Source: Eledone cirrhosa
Taxonomy: Eukaryota
NCBI GenBank assembly: GCA_964016885.1
Contig: CAXHJY010001001.1
Coordinates: forward strand, 109,723-173,722
Direction: 5' to 3'
Length of the DNA stretch: 64,000 nt
The notes below the pieces were generated by a model that saw only the letters and a list, made by a program, of their open reading frames with translations, had not been told where the DNA came from and searched no databases. The position numbers were made by a program, and so were the translations under genes. This document shows, one piece after another, positions 12,563 to 24,344 of this stretch; positions within the stretch are counted from its first letter, which is position 1; every line of letters begins with the position of its first letter.

Positions 12563-12830
12563 TCGAAAAATAATAAATGAATATAACAGATAAACTCCAT
12601 GGGGCTGAAAATCATAGACACAAGTCCAGCCTCCTGTTATTTTATTATAATAATTAACTCCGTACTCGCACCCCCAACTACACAAACGAAGACGGTTGAG
12701 CTGCTTTACGTTGAGTACTCTCCATATTATTACATCAAGATTGACAATACAGAATGACCAACTCTATCCAGTGGTGAACCTTCAAACCTAAATAAATAAT
12801 GCTCCTGAAATGTTGAGCACTTCTAGATGT

Positions 12831-12928
12831 AATAATTGTTTCTACTTTAGGCACAAGGCCAGCAATTACCCAGTGCATTACTGGTACTTTATTTTATCGA
12901 CCCCGTAAGGATGAAAGGCAAAGTCAAC
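12831..12928 (-). mobile_element. SINE family B, 3' half
   Basis: Reverse complement GTTGACTTTGCCTTTCATCCTTACGGGGTCGATAAAATAAAGTACCAGTAATGCACTGGG, matching 31480-31583. Confidence 0.85.
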
Positions 12929-14484
12929 AATAATGAACAGCGGCATGGGACTGACTTGATCTACTCACCATTCGGATTTTGGCTACTCTGCGCTTTGTCT
13001 ACCACCCACCTGGTCCAATGCTACTTCCCTGTCGGGAATATTCAGACTTCGACAAAATTCTACGGATTATACCATAACCTGTATTGTATAGACTGATTTC
13101 TCTACCCTATACTTCAGGGCCTTTGTAATTCTCACTGAATTGTGAGACTCGAACACACACTGTTTCCATCTCTTCCATCCTCTGTATCTATATGAATTAT
13201 CTAACTGCAACTTGTATTTCCCCTGTGTTTTGATGTCTCCGATATGTTCTTATACACTTCCGTTTTACTCCACCACCACCCTTGCTATGACGGCGTTTTA
13301 TTTATTTATTTATTTATTTATATATTTCTACCTTTTTACTTTATTAATGTGCTTTTATCTTCGTATTCTGCTTATATTTATCTATGTATTTTTTTGTTTT
13401 TTGTTTACTGTTCCTTTTATTTAGGTATAATTTACTTATAACCCGGACTATCTGGGGACCTAGATATAGTCTAATTGTGCTTTTCATCGGGTTTTATAAT
13501 TGATTACACGCGATGATCCGACTGGTGTGGTGGTTTTCCTGGCTGCGCGCCCGGCGCCCTGGTGCATAAGCCTCCCTTGAGTGCTTGGAAAAATAAATTT
13601 CCCCTTCTTTCGGTAAATGAAATTACTCGGAGCAGCTTGCTTCTCCCCGTGCCCCGCCACGCTGCGGTTTTGACTGCCATATAGTACCTTTAAATTCTAG
13701 GCCTAATTATTGTATAACTATTAGCTGTATCATGCTTCCCTCTACTGGCACTTACACAAATCCCCCTCCTGTGTAAATTAATAGTACTCGTTTGGTATAA
13801 CGATGGCCTAACGACGATGGCTGACTTCCCACTAGCACACCCGAAGCTTAGAACAGTTACATTCCTCGAGTGCTCAGAAAAATTGATTTCCACATCTCTC
13901 CCTAGACGATTTCACTCGGAATGGCTGACACGTGGTTAGGATGGGCTGGCCGGAGTCTGCAGTCGTCGCGTGCTCTTTGACTGCTAAACAAGGACTTAAT
14001 CTTTACTCTATATCCCACCCTGAAAACCTATCGAGGATCTCTATAATACACTTAAAATTTTTTCATAAAAGACTCTCTCTGTAAATTCTTTAACTAAATC
14101 TCGCAACCCAAACCTTTAATTTTTTTTTAAACTGTTTCATTTTTAATTTTCTAATTTTTTTAATTTTCTAATTTTTTTAATTTTATAATTTTAATCTTTA
14201 ATTTAATTTTTTTAATTTCATCCAATAAATCTAAACAAAAATTTAATGTTCCAATGTTCAGTTCACACATTATACCATGCAGACGCCCCCTATATATACC
14301 TCTGTTATAATATATACCTCTGTTAAGATATAGGTTCTTTAGAATAACATTTTTCGCGGCAATTCCTAGCCTGATTGTAGCATGACGTTAACGCTGACTT
14401 TTCTTCTTTCTTTCTGTCTTTTTTTTTCTCTTTGACCGGGAGGTTAGTAGCACATTATAAGCTTTCGTCCCCTCACCAGATATT

Positions 14485-14730
14485 ACATTGAATATTGCTA
14501 CATGGAATGTTGGAAGACTTCTCGCCAAGGAATCATCCACAAATCCAGAACAGAACTACATGGCTGAATACAATAAATGTAATCTGAGGCCGATCAGTCA
14601 CTGTGTATTTTTGAAAATAGCATATATTTTCACTAGCTCTGACAGTTTGGCAGGTGAACAGTGAGCTGTACTGATAAAGGGTGATACCCAGAAACATTAG
14701 TGTCTGCAGTTCTGTCCACATGCCAACACA
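14485..14730 (+). pseudogene. Possible decayed LINE APE-endonuclease N-terminus (RTE/CR1-like)
   Basis: TTGAATATTGCTACATGGAATGTTGGAAGACTT translates LNIATWNVGRL, resembling the APE xxIxTWNVRxL motif. Downstream frame is not clearly conserved. Confidence 0.3.
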
Positions 14731-14874
14731 AGAGCAAGAATGAAGGGTTCATTCTATTGACATGGCTATAAAATTGAGGCTTGTTTGTATAATTGCAAAC
14801 GAATCGAATGTTACTATTAATATTTGAAAAACTCAGATTTCATTTATTGTATTCAGCCATGTAGAGCAAAATTT

Positions 14875-14931
<57 letters not shown>

Positions 14932-14933
<2 letters not shown>

Positions 14934-15020
14934 CATCATCATCATCATCATTGTAGTCATTTAACATCCACCTTCCATGCTACCATGGGTTAGATGGGTT
15001 GTCCCATTTGAGGCAAGTCG
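14932..15020 (-). mobile_element. SINE family A 3' tail fragment
   Basis: (ATC)n-TTTAACATCCACCTTCCATGCTACCATGGGTTAGATGGGTTGTCCCA, homologous to 9781-9850. Confidence 0.75.
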
Positions 15021-15049
15021 TGTCAGGTGACTATATCCTGCTCATACAA

Positions 15050-15397
15050 AACATAGACATACATATACATACATATTTATATACATATACATATACATAT
15101 AAATACATATACATACACACACATATACATACATATACATACACATATACATACATACACATATACATACATATACATACATACACATATACATACATAC
15201 ACATATACATACATACACAGTATGTATATTTTTTAAACCTGCTTTTTAAAACCTGTTTTCGCAACTATTCTCCTGCATTTGAAATTTTCTCCATTTCTAA
15301 CAACATATATATGTTTACATACCTATATATATATATATACATATATATGTATACATACATATATATGTATACATATATATGTATGTTTACATACATA

Positions 15398-15457
<60 letters not shown>

Positions 15458-15976
15458 CATATATATATATACATATATATATGTTTTGAATAATGGAAGT
15501 CTATATATAAATTTGAGCGACTTCTGTCCCTCCATGAGTCAGATAATGTATGTGTGTGTGTGTATGTGTGTAAATGTATGTGTGTGTAAAAGGAAGGCAG
15601 GAAGGGGATGATGAAAAGACTATAGCAAAACAGCGGCTGGCGTTCCATTTGCTACGCTGTGTGTGAGTGTATGTGCGTGTGAGTTTCTGTGAACGTATGT
15701 GTGTGTGCGTTTGTGTAAATGTATGTCTGTGCGTTTGTGTAAATGTATGTGTGTATTTTTGTAAATGTGTCTGTGTTTGCACGTTTATATTTATATACTC
15801 ATACATATAAATGTATGAGTATGTACATACACACATGCACACACATATATACACACACGCACACACATATATACACACGCACAGACATATACACATACGA
15901 GTACACATATACACACACATACATACACGTACACATATATACACACACGCGTACACATATACACACACACATACAC

Positions 15977-16007
<31 letters not shown>

Positions 16008-16065
16008 TATACACACACATATATACACACGTGTACACATATATATAGATACACACACGTGTAAA
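15050..16065. repeat. Compound (CATA)n/(TA)n/(TG)n/(CA)n microsatellites
   Basis: Direct inspection. Confidence 0.88.
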
Positions 16066-16499
16066 TGTGTTGAAAAAGATTCTCATAAAACAAAAAGCGA
16101 GGATTAGTTCCTAATTATTGTTTTACGATCGTTTCAGAAGGTTGACTGATCACGATAGATCGATATATTGATTACATATTACTGGTATCGATATTATAGT
16201 TCTATCTCGCCTCAGAAATACAGTCGTTTAAAATAACAGCCAATCAGATCGAATCTTGGAATGTATTTCGCGTGATTGTTAATCGAACTGTTAGCCAATC
16301 GATCAGACTTGTTATAACAGGAAATAAATTATATTAGAAGGTGTGAACCATGGATCCTTCAGTAAACAGGAAAGTATTGTTTATCGATCTGTCGAATGAC
16401 TTTAATGTGTTGGATGTAATGAAATATTTAGTCACCAATCGATATCAATACGAGAATCAATACAAACATTTACATTTGTTTGGTTTATAAATCAATGCA

Positions 16500-16964
16500 T
16501 GTGTGGGTGGGTCTGTGGGTGTGTGTGTGAGTGTGTCTGTATGTCTGTGTGTCTGTGTGTGTGTGAGTGTGTCTGTGTGAGTGTTTCTGTGTGTGTGAGT
16601 GTGTCTGTGTGTGTGTGAGTGTGTCTGTGTGTGTGTATGCGTGTGAGTGTGTCTGTGTGTGTGAGTTTGTGTGTGTGTGTGTGTGAATGTGTCTGTGTGT
16701 GGGTGTGAGTGTGTCTGTGTGTGTGAGTGTGTGTGTATGAGTGTGTCTGTGTGTGTCTGTATGAGTGTGTGTGGGTCTGTGTGAGTGTGTGTGTGAGTGT
16801 GTGTGTGAGTGTGTGTCTGTGTGTGTGTGAGTGTGTGTCTGTATGAGTGTGTGTGTGGGTCTGTGTGAGTGTGTGTGTGAGTGTGTGTGTGTGAGTGTGT
16901 GTGTGAGTGTGTGTCTGTGTGTGTGTGAGTGTGTGTGTGAGTGTGTGTCTGTGTGAGTGTGTCT

Positions 16965-17003
<39 letters not shown>

Positions 17004-17088
17004 TGTGTGTCTGTGTGTGTGTGAGTGTGTGTGAGTGTGTGTCTGTGTGTGTGTGAGTGTGTCTGTGTGAGTGTGTGTGTGTGTGTGT
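16500..17088. repeat. Imperfect (TG)n with TGAG/TCTG interruptions
   Basis: Direct inspection. Confidence 0.92.
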
Positions 17089-17134
17089 ATTTGGCCAGTT
17101 CTTGAGTATTCATACCTATTTATTCTTTCTCTCT

Positions 17135-17924
17135 CTGTGAATCTTCGCTTATCCGGACCGTCAAAACCAAACGGTTACAAAAGATCCGGATAAGTGAATT
17201 CTAAAATCCCTTTGTTACATAATGCTCCTGGTTTCTAATGTTTTGGCTTCTTTTAGTCAAAATAAAATACAAATGCTAAGTAAAGAAAGTTTAAAACTTC
17301 TCCTTCTTCTTCGTCATCCCCCTTTCGACTTACGTGTTCATCAGTTCCGACGTCATCGAAACGTTAATACCCTAACCCGTCATTCTCAAACCATTCGATG
17401 AAACCTTCAATGTACAATGCCTGGTCTAATTGCTCGTAGTCTGACGTTTTCAGGCATTTCGCTTTCTTTTCCACTCCCTTCAAACCAATTTGCAATTTTT
17501 TCGATACGGATCCGCGTAGCTTGGCTTCCGACCGTTTGATATCCGATATTGTAGACGTCCCGACATTGTATCTTTTCGCGAGTTCTTTTGGTGTAGCTGT
17601 TTTCTTTTTCAATGCATCACATATAGAGAGCTTACCCGCGATAGTCAAAACAACTCGCTTTCGCTTTTCTCCAGCCATTGTGTTTAACTGAGAGCCAAGT
17701 TAGTTTTCTTAGCTTTTAAACAGTCAATCAAATAAAAGAAATCAATACACGCCACGTGTTAGCTGCGTGTGACGGCTAGGCACAAGTAGCCAACCGGCAC
17801 TAGGCGCATTTTCTATAAACTTCATAAACCCTCACATAAACATAAACCTTCAGATACACATTGTTTGTAGTATAGAAATAGCCGTCCAGTAAATCGAATT
17901 TCGGAAAAGCGATATCCGGATAAG
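17135..17924 (-). mobile_element. Internally deleted Tigger/pogo-family DNA transposon
   Basis: Terminal/subterminal inverted motifs CTTATCCGGA (17148-57) and TCCGGATAAG (17185-94, 17915-24) surround a CENP-B-type HTH ORF. The right end looks truncated. Confidence 0.7.
17364..17678 (-). pseudogene. Truncated Tigger/Jerky-like transposase, CENP-B N-terminal helix-turn-helix domain only
   Basis: MAGEKRKRVVLTIAGKLSICDALKK...KELAKRYNVGTSTISDIKRSEAKL matches the CENP-B_N/psq HTH pattern. KTSDYEQLDQALYI begins the second HTH, then the ORF ends; no DDE domain. Confidence 0.8.
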
Positions 17925-18521
17925 TTGTTATAAAATGCTCGGACCTATTCATTAGAATCTTGGAGCTTATTTTACGGGTGATATGGTGCATGCCTTTCTG
18001 GCATGACACCCATAATTTTGATTTAGATTAAATTCACTTTGATTTATCTTAATTTTGGATATAGATATATAAATACGGCTCCTTAATTGTAGAGCTAACT
18101 CTGTTGAAAGGACTTGACTGCTGTTTCTAGTTGTCGATAACCCTACTCACGCCACTGGGACGAAGCTGGTATGATGTGTGTATTTTTAGTAGATACAGCA
18201 CGTGTTACTGGCCAGTCGCTGATTTGAACTTAATGCGTAAACACAGATGGCTGGACTTCTTCCTTGTTGAAAATCCAAGTATCGGCCTCCGTGGTTTACC
18301 ATTCGATTAATTGGTGAAATATATTTCTTTAATGGAATATATACAGGGAAGATTAATCATATTATAAGGTATCTATTTTTGAAGTTCTAGTTAACTTTAT
18401 TTAGTTACCTACCTAGCTATGTGTGCTTGCACACCTGTTAAAATTATCCCCTGTGATTGTTTCATTCATATGTTTATTTATATGTTAATCAATTCCTAGT
18501 TGTTATATATATATATATATA

Positions 18522-18648
18522 ATGATGATTTCTAATGAATGAAACAGTTCTAGTCCTGTAGAATCTCTTCTATATTAAAACTGTTATACTCTGCTATGTA
18601 TTGAGTACCTTACTTACTGTGGTTACCTCCGATTCAACCCGGAATAAC
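18522..18648 (+). mobile_element. Second copy of the 11290-11418 hammerhead-bearing repeat, 5'-truncated inside the core, between (TA)n tracts
   Basis: TGATGATTTCTAATGAATGAAACAGTTCTAGTCCTGTAGAATCTC...TTCAACCCGGAATAAC, nearly identical to 11292-11418. Confidence 0.75.
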
Positions 18649-18701
<53 letters not shown>

Positions 18702-19307
18702 TATATATATATGCATATGTAAATATATATATATATACATATTTACATATTTTGTCATACACACACACACATATATATACATATATATACACATATATAT
18801 ATAGTTAGAGAACCAAGAATACCTGGATAAAATCCTTCTCTTAATGCTTACCTGTGTTTTCTCTTTTATACTATATATATATACATATACTAATGTTATA
18901 GTACACCAGTCAGTAAACTATTATATACTAATGTTATAGTACACCAACCACTAAACTATTATGCAATTGTATAGAAGCACTAAACGACATTTCTAACGTA
19001 ACAAATGTGATTTGCTAATGACTGAGTGGGTGAGTATACCTAGACTAATGATTATTGTGCAGGGGAGGTGTACAGACACATAATTCCTTTGATTTATAAT
19101 CTGCCCTAATATATATATATCTGGGGCCTAAAGGATTACGTAATGCTGCAATAACACAACCAACACGACTTCATCAGACAGCATCTTACGTAATAGGGTT
19201 GTTATGTAGTATTTCTATTGTAATACAGGCTATCGACAACAGGGTGGACGTATTTCATGTTTTTATGAGAGTCATCCCCTTATTTTTGTCTTCACGTTTA
19301 TTATTAT

Positions 19308-19374
<67 letters not shown>

Positions 19375-19378
19375 TATA

Positions 19379-19596
19379 GGGAAAAAAAGATGAAATCGAA
19401 AAGGCAACTGGAGTCTTATTTTTAAAAAAATATATATATTTATTTGGTTTTATTGTGATTTTAAACCATAGACCCTCCATCTCAACTCTACTTTTGAAAA
19501 GCAGAAGAACTGCGAAACCGGTAAAGGAACCAAATAAATACATATATATATTTTAAATAAGACTCCAGTTGCATTTTCGATTTCATCTTTTTTCCC
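19379..19596 (+). mobile_element. ~70-bp inverted repeat enclosing a degenerate minimal hammerhead (19491-19527); Penelope-like terminus
   Basis: Arms 19379-19449 / 19528-19596. The loop contains CTT-TTGAAAA-GCAG-AAGAA-CTGC-GAAA-CCGG-TA-AAG, two transitions away from CTGAAGA. Confidence 0.55.
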
Positions 19597-19654
19597 TTAT
19601 ACTTTCACTCGTGTAGGACACCGGTTATTTTTCATTTTGTAAAAGAAACCTCAC

Positions 19655-19749
<95 letters not shown>

Positions 19750-21832
19750 CAACCAAAGATTAGTATGGTTCGTTAATTACTCAACGAATACATTTTTACA
19801 ATAGATTAGAAGCACTCAACAAAAAAAGTTTTCCTGGAGTTTTTAATATTATTCGAAATGTTAACAAATGAAAAATATTCGCATAATCAAAATATATACT
19901 TTATTATATAATACATAAACAGAGAAAGCCTTAAGCGATACTCCGACCAACTCCATCTCACTCAACAAATATTAGGATATACCTAAGTATTATCCCAATT
20001 TAGTGTTTGGGTGCTAACTAATCAGTATTTTGTGGATAGCTGGTTGTATTATTTTATATGAGACATTATTAAATAAATATCTCTTTATTATATATATTTT
20101 AAATGTACTGTGTTGTTTATTCTGTACGTCTTCATCAGATAAAATATATGATTTGATATATGACATACCGCTACGGTCTTGATTATACAATTCCAGTATT
20201 GGCAGTGATTTATTTCATCAAATCTCAATGCTTTTATACCACAAATAATATGATAAACTTAAAGAAGAAAAGGACATAGAGCAAATTAGAGATATGAGAG
20301 AGTGTGTAAAGAAGATGAAAGGCAAGAAATAAATAAATACATACATAAATAGATAAATGAATAAAAAAATAAATGGATGAATAAAAGAAGAAAACAAATA
20401 TATAAAAAATAAAAGAGGAATAACGACAAAAAGAGAGGGAAGGTGTGGGGAGAGTAAAAGGGAACAAAGGGGGATAAAGAAAAATAAGGAAACACCGAAT
20501 AGAGGGGAATAAAAAACTGTTGTTTTCAAATGCTAGATAAAATAAGAAATCAAATCTATTCACATAAACAATTGAATATCTCTTGTATTTGATTATGTTT
20601 TAGCTAATTATACTTATATATTATATCAACATTATTCAGTATAGATTACTTTCTAATACAATCACATATTTAAGTTAATTATAAATTTATATAATTTAAT
20701 TTAACTCATTATAGATTATTATAATTTCTAATTTTAAGGTAAGATATTCTATAAATATTTTGTTAGTTACAACTTTAAAAGAATTAATCTTTAAAGCGTA
20801 TTTAAATAATTATTAAATATGTATTAAAATATATTACCATGCATATATTATCATCAATACACATAATATATTTAGATCATTTATTACCCAAATTATTTTA
20901 TTTAATTTAGAGATTCTCTTTATAAAAGCTTTACTATTCATTAATTTTCATTTAAATCCTATGATCAAACTAGGTATATTTACTCTCAAAAATGTTATTT
21001 CATTAATTTAATGAGTGGTTATATTTACTTCTGTATTTACTTATTTTGATATATAGTTTCCTTTTAATGATAGTCTATATATTATAAATATACATATTTA
21101 ATATTTAATATATTTTAGCAAGCTAGTCAAAAAGAAATGTTTACAGACAATGTAAACAAAAGAAGATAACTCATTCACCATATACAAACATATAACTTAT
21201 CTCTACTCTCACGTCCAGCGATATTTCGAAAGCCGTAAATCATCTATTGTATATATCATAATTGATGTCTAGTTAAATATTGAACTGTCCTAATCAAAGC
21301 ATAGGATAAAGAGACTCTTAAATGAAATTATTCGATACGTATAAATATCAATAAATTATTACCACAATAAGGCTAAACTTATTTACATATTTAAATTATT
21401 AATTGTCAATATTTTTTCGAAACTTGTACATTTTTATGGTGACAACTACTAAATAATTCATTTATTTTTTTGTTGATTAAATTGTCATAATTTATAATTA
21501 TCTGTAGAATCTCAAGGTTACAAAGATTGCACATTTGCGAAATAGTTGAGTTCTGATAGGAAGCAGCATTTTTTTATTTCCTCCAAGAGATGGAGTATTT
21601 AATTGTATTATCCTTTAAAAACCATACTAATTGTGAAAAGGAAGTTGAAAATTTCTTATTTGGTTTATTGAAAGAATGTCTATGATTATACCAACGTTAC
21701 TTAAATTTTGTATGTATGGATATTATATATATATGTGTGTGTGTGTGTGAGAGAGAGAGAGTGTGTGTATGTATTTATGCATGTATATATATATGTATGT
21801 ATGTATGCATGTGTATATATATATATATATAA

Positions 21833-21928
21833 ATACCTGCAGAAGAGCACAGGAATAGTAACTTTCACTTAATTGTTGCGAAACAAATTTTAAAATTTGT
21901 CAAACAGATTTAAAGTTTGTCCAGGTAT
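21833..21928 (+). ncRNA. Hammerhead-like motif with long helix III and one core mutation
   Basis: Helix I ATACCTG/CAGGTAT. Core CAGAAGA (U4 to A). Helix II GCA...TGC, then GAA. Helix III ~17 bp ACAAATTTTAAAATTTGT-CAA-ACAGATTTAAAGTTTGT. GUC ends at 21921. Confidence 0.55.
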
Positions 21929-22254
21929 CACGGCCATTGCCAATATAGGTTTGTTATTTTTATTGATTTATTATTTTAAATCGAGACAGGAAAACCATAT
22001 TATATTAAATTAGTATTCTTTCAACCTAGCTAACTTGGTCATTTGCAATCCGAACACTTCTATAATTGTATAGGTGTCCACCCCTCATATATTCATTTGT
22101 ATTACACGGCTCAGAAATATTCCCTTCTTTGAGCTATTTAATTGTAAAATCGAGTTTATAACTCAATATTTCATATATATATATATATGTATGTACGTAT
22201 ACATACATACATTCATATATGTGTGTGTGTGTGTGCGTGTGTATGTATGTCTAT

Positions 22255-22712
22255 AACTTTGATAGATTTCGGCCAGTATTGGTCCAGGCCTTGTATAACT
22301 TAATACCACCACCTGGCGAAGTCTTTTAAATCAGGATGTGGACACCATAGTCCACTCAAGTAGAGAGCTATTGTTTACGGGGGCATATCCGGGTGTAGGA
22401 GGTTATCAGGATTTCTTGAAGGAATTTGTCCAAAGACTTCTTGAACTTGGTGGGATCTGTTTCTGTTTTAATGTGTTTTGTTGTAAGGTTAAAGAGAGAG
22501 GAGCCAATTGAGGTGAAATAATTATGCCGTATTGTTGTTATGAGACGCGAGCTTGATTTTTGTCGTGAGTGCATAGCACGGGGCTCAAGCCTTGGGTGTA
22601 CATTAAAGGTGATGCCAACATCATTTAAGCTCACGGCGACGTTGGAGAGAATAAAGTTTGAGCTTTTCTAGTCAACCCCAATAGTCAAGGCCTGTCATGC
22701 CATCTATCTTTT
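22255..22712 (-). mobile_element. 3' fragment of CR1/L2-clade LINE (ORF2 C-terminus plus 3' UTR), decayed
   Basis: Minus strand translates GMTGLDYWG*LEKLKLYSLQRRRE and HNYFTSIGSSLFNL...KFKKSLDKFLQEI, the post-RT C-terminal motifs of CR1-clade ORF2. Contains a stop and a frameshift/deletion. Confidence 0.75.
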
Positions 22713-22770
22713 TTGTGAGAGAGAGAGAGATCGAAGTTTCAGTTTAACATATTTTATTCGTTATCGGATA

Positions 22771-22965
22771 TATTCTATAGGTATATGTCCTATTTCAAGG
22801 TAATATAGACATGTCTAGAGTTATTCTCTAAGGCTGTGTCCTATTTCAAGGTAATATAGATATTTCTACAGTTATTCTATCAGGCTGTGTCCTATTTCAA
22901 GGTAATATAGACATGTCTAGAGTTATTCTATAGGTATATGTCCTATTTCAAGGTAATATAAATAC
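22771..22965. repeat. 51-bp tandem repeat, ~4 copies
   Basis: GTCCTATTTCAAGGTAATATAGA at 22787, 22838, 22889, 22940. Confidence 0.9.
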
Positions 22966-23134
22966 GTCTCTATTTAATCTATGCGAGATTCCGCCATACT
23001 GTTGTATTTCACGCGGTAACATTGTTGTCATAGCTCGGATTGGTTTTTAATTATTTATTGAATACTTTCAGCAAAAAATACTTCGATCTCTGATGAGTTG
23101 AGACATGAATCGGGGACTGCATATGTACGTTTAT

Positions 23135-23712
23135 TATATACACATACATAGACACACATACATACATATTCACATGCATACATATACACACACATATATA
23201 CATATACACACACACATACATACATATACACACATACATATACACACACATACATACATATTCACATGCATACATATACACACACACATATATACATATA
23301 CACACATACATATACACACACATACATACATATACACACATACATACATATACACACATACATACACATGCACATATACATATATACATACATACACAAA
23401 TATAAACACATATACACACATACACACACATACGCATATTCAAACAAACACATAAAAACACACACACACAAACACATAAACATATATAAACGCACGCACA
23501 CACACATACAAAGACACACAAACACACACAGACACACAAGGTTTGTATTCTGTGTGTGTGTGTATCTATGCGTGTGTGTGAGTGTAGGTGTGTGTGTGTA
23601 TCTATGTGTATGTATGTGTGTGTGTACCTATGTGTGTGTATCTATGTTTGTGTATATATGTGTGTGTATCTGTGTGTATATATATGTGTGTGTATATATA
23701 TGTGTGTGTGTG
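23135..23712. repeat. (CA/CATA)n followed by (TG/TATG)n microsatellites
   Basis: Direct inspection. Confidence 0.88.
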
Positions 23713-23925
23713 CATAATTTGAGGGTGATTTAGCTGTTTTGTTTCTCAAATGAACCAACCACACAAGAGGCTCCCTTGTTCGCCTCGTCTATCTTGGAAT
23801 ACACCAAGTAATGTACCCCTCTTTTTATACGATAGGATGGCGGTGTCTGCTGGTAATCCGGCTGCTATGTCTAGCATGCTAGGTGACCACCTTGATAGAC
23901 CTTGTCAGATGTATCTAAGGGAGTT

Positions 23926-24177
23926 AGATCTGGTGGGGGAGTGTCTGTGGAACCCCAGCTCCCCACCAGACCTTGATCTGGTGGGGGGAGTGTCTGTGGA
24001 ACCCCAGCTCCCCACCAGATCTTGATCTGGTGGGGGAGTGTCTGTGGAACCCCAGCTCCCCACCAGATCTTGATCTAGTAGGGGAGTGTCTGTGGAACCC
24101 CAGCTCCCCCACCAGACCTTGATCTGGTGGGGGGAATGTCTGTGGAACCCCAGCTCCCCCACCAGACCTTGATCTGT
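23926..24177. repeat. 48-bp hairpin-forming minisatellite, ~5 copies
   Basis: Unit GATCTGGTGGGGGAGTGTCTGTGGAACCCCAGCTCCCCACCAGACCTT with internal TCTGGTGGGG/CCCCACCAGA inverted repeat. Confidence 0.93.
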
Positions 24178-24344
24178 AGACCCCCAGAGGCAACACAAGA
24201 GCTGTTAAAAGATCAGATGAACTCCTAAGAGTCAACCCCATCCACCCCAACTCTGGGTTAAATAACCTCACCAACCCACAATTGGCCAAACGTGGTCAGT
24301 ACTGCTACACCCCTGAAGACTAGACCACAACCAAACAGAAAGTG

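Noticed and set aside
16120-16370. Minus-strand GAAACGATCGTA hammerhead half
   Set aside because: The 3' half matches the 9321 type, but I could not pair it with an intact CUGANGA and adjacent helix I (candidates CUGAGGC, CUGAAGG).
18886-18962. 37-bp tandem duplication (2 copies)
   Set aside because: Real but ordinary local slippage.
19135-19194. Small inverted repeat containing minus-strand CTGATGA
   Set aside because: Helix I-like arms are present but no GAAA or helix II; at most a deleted relic.
20085-20150. Minus-strand CTGATGAAGAC motif
   Set aside because: No helix II partner or GAAA; AT-rich pairing could be chance.
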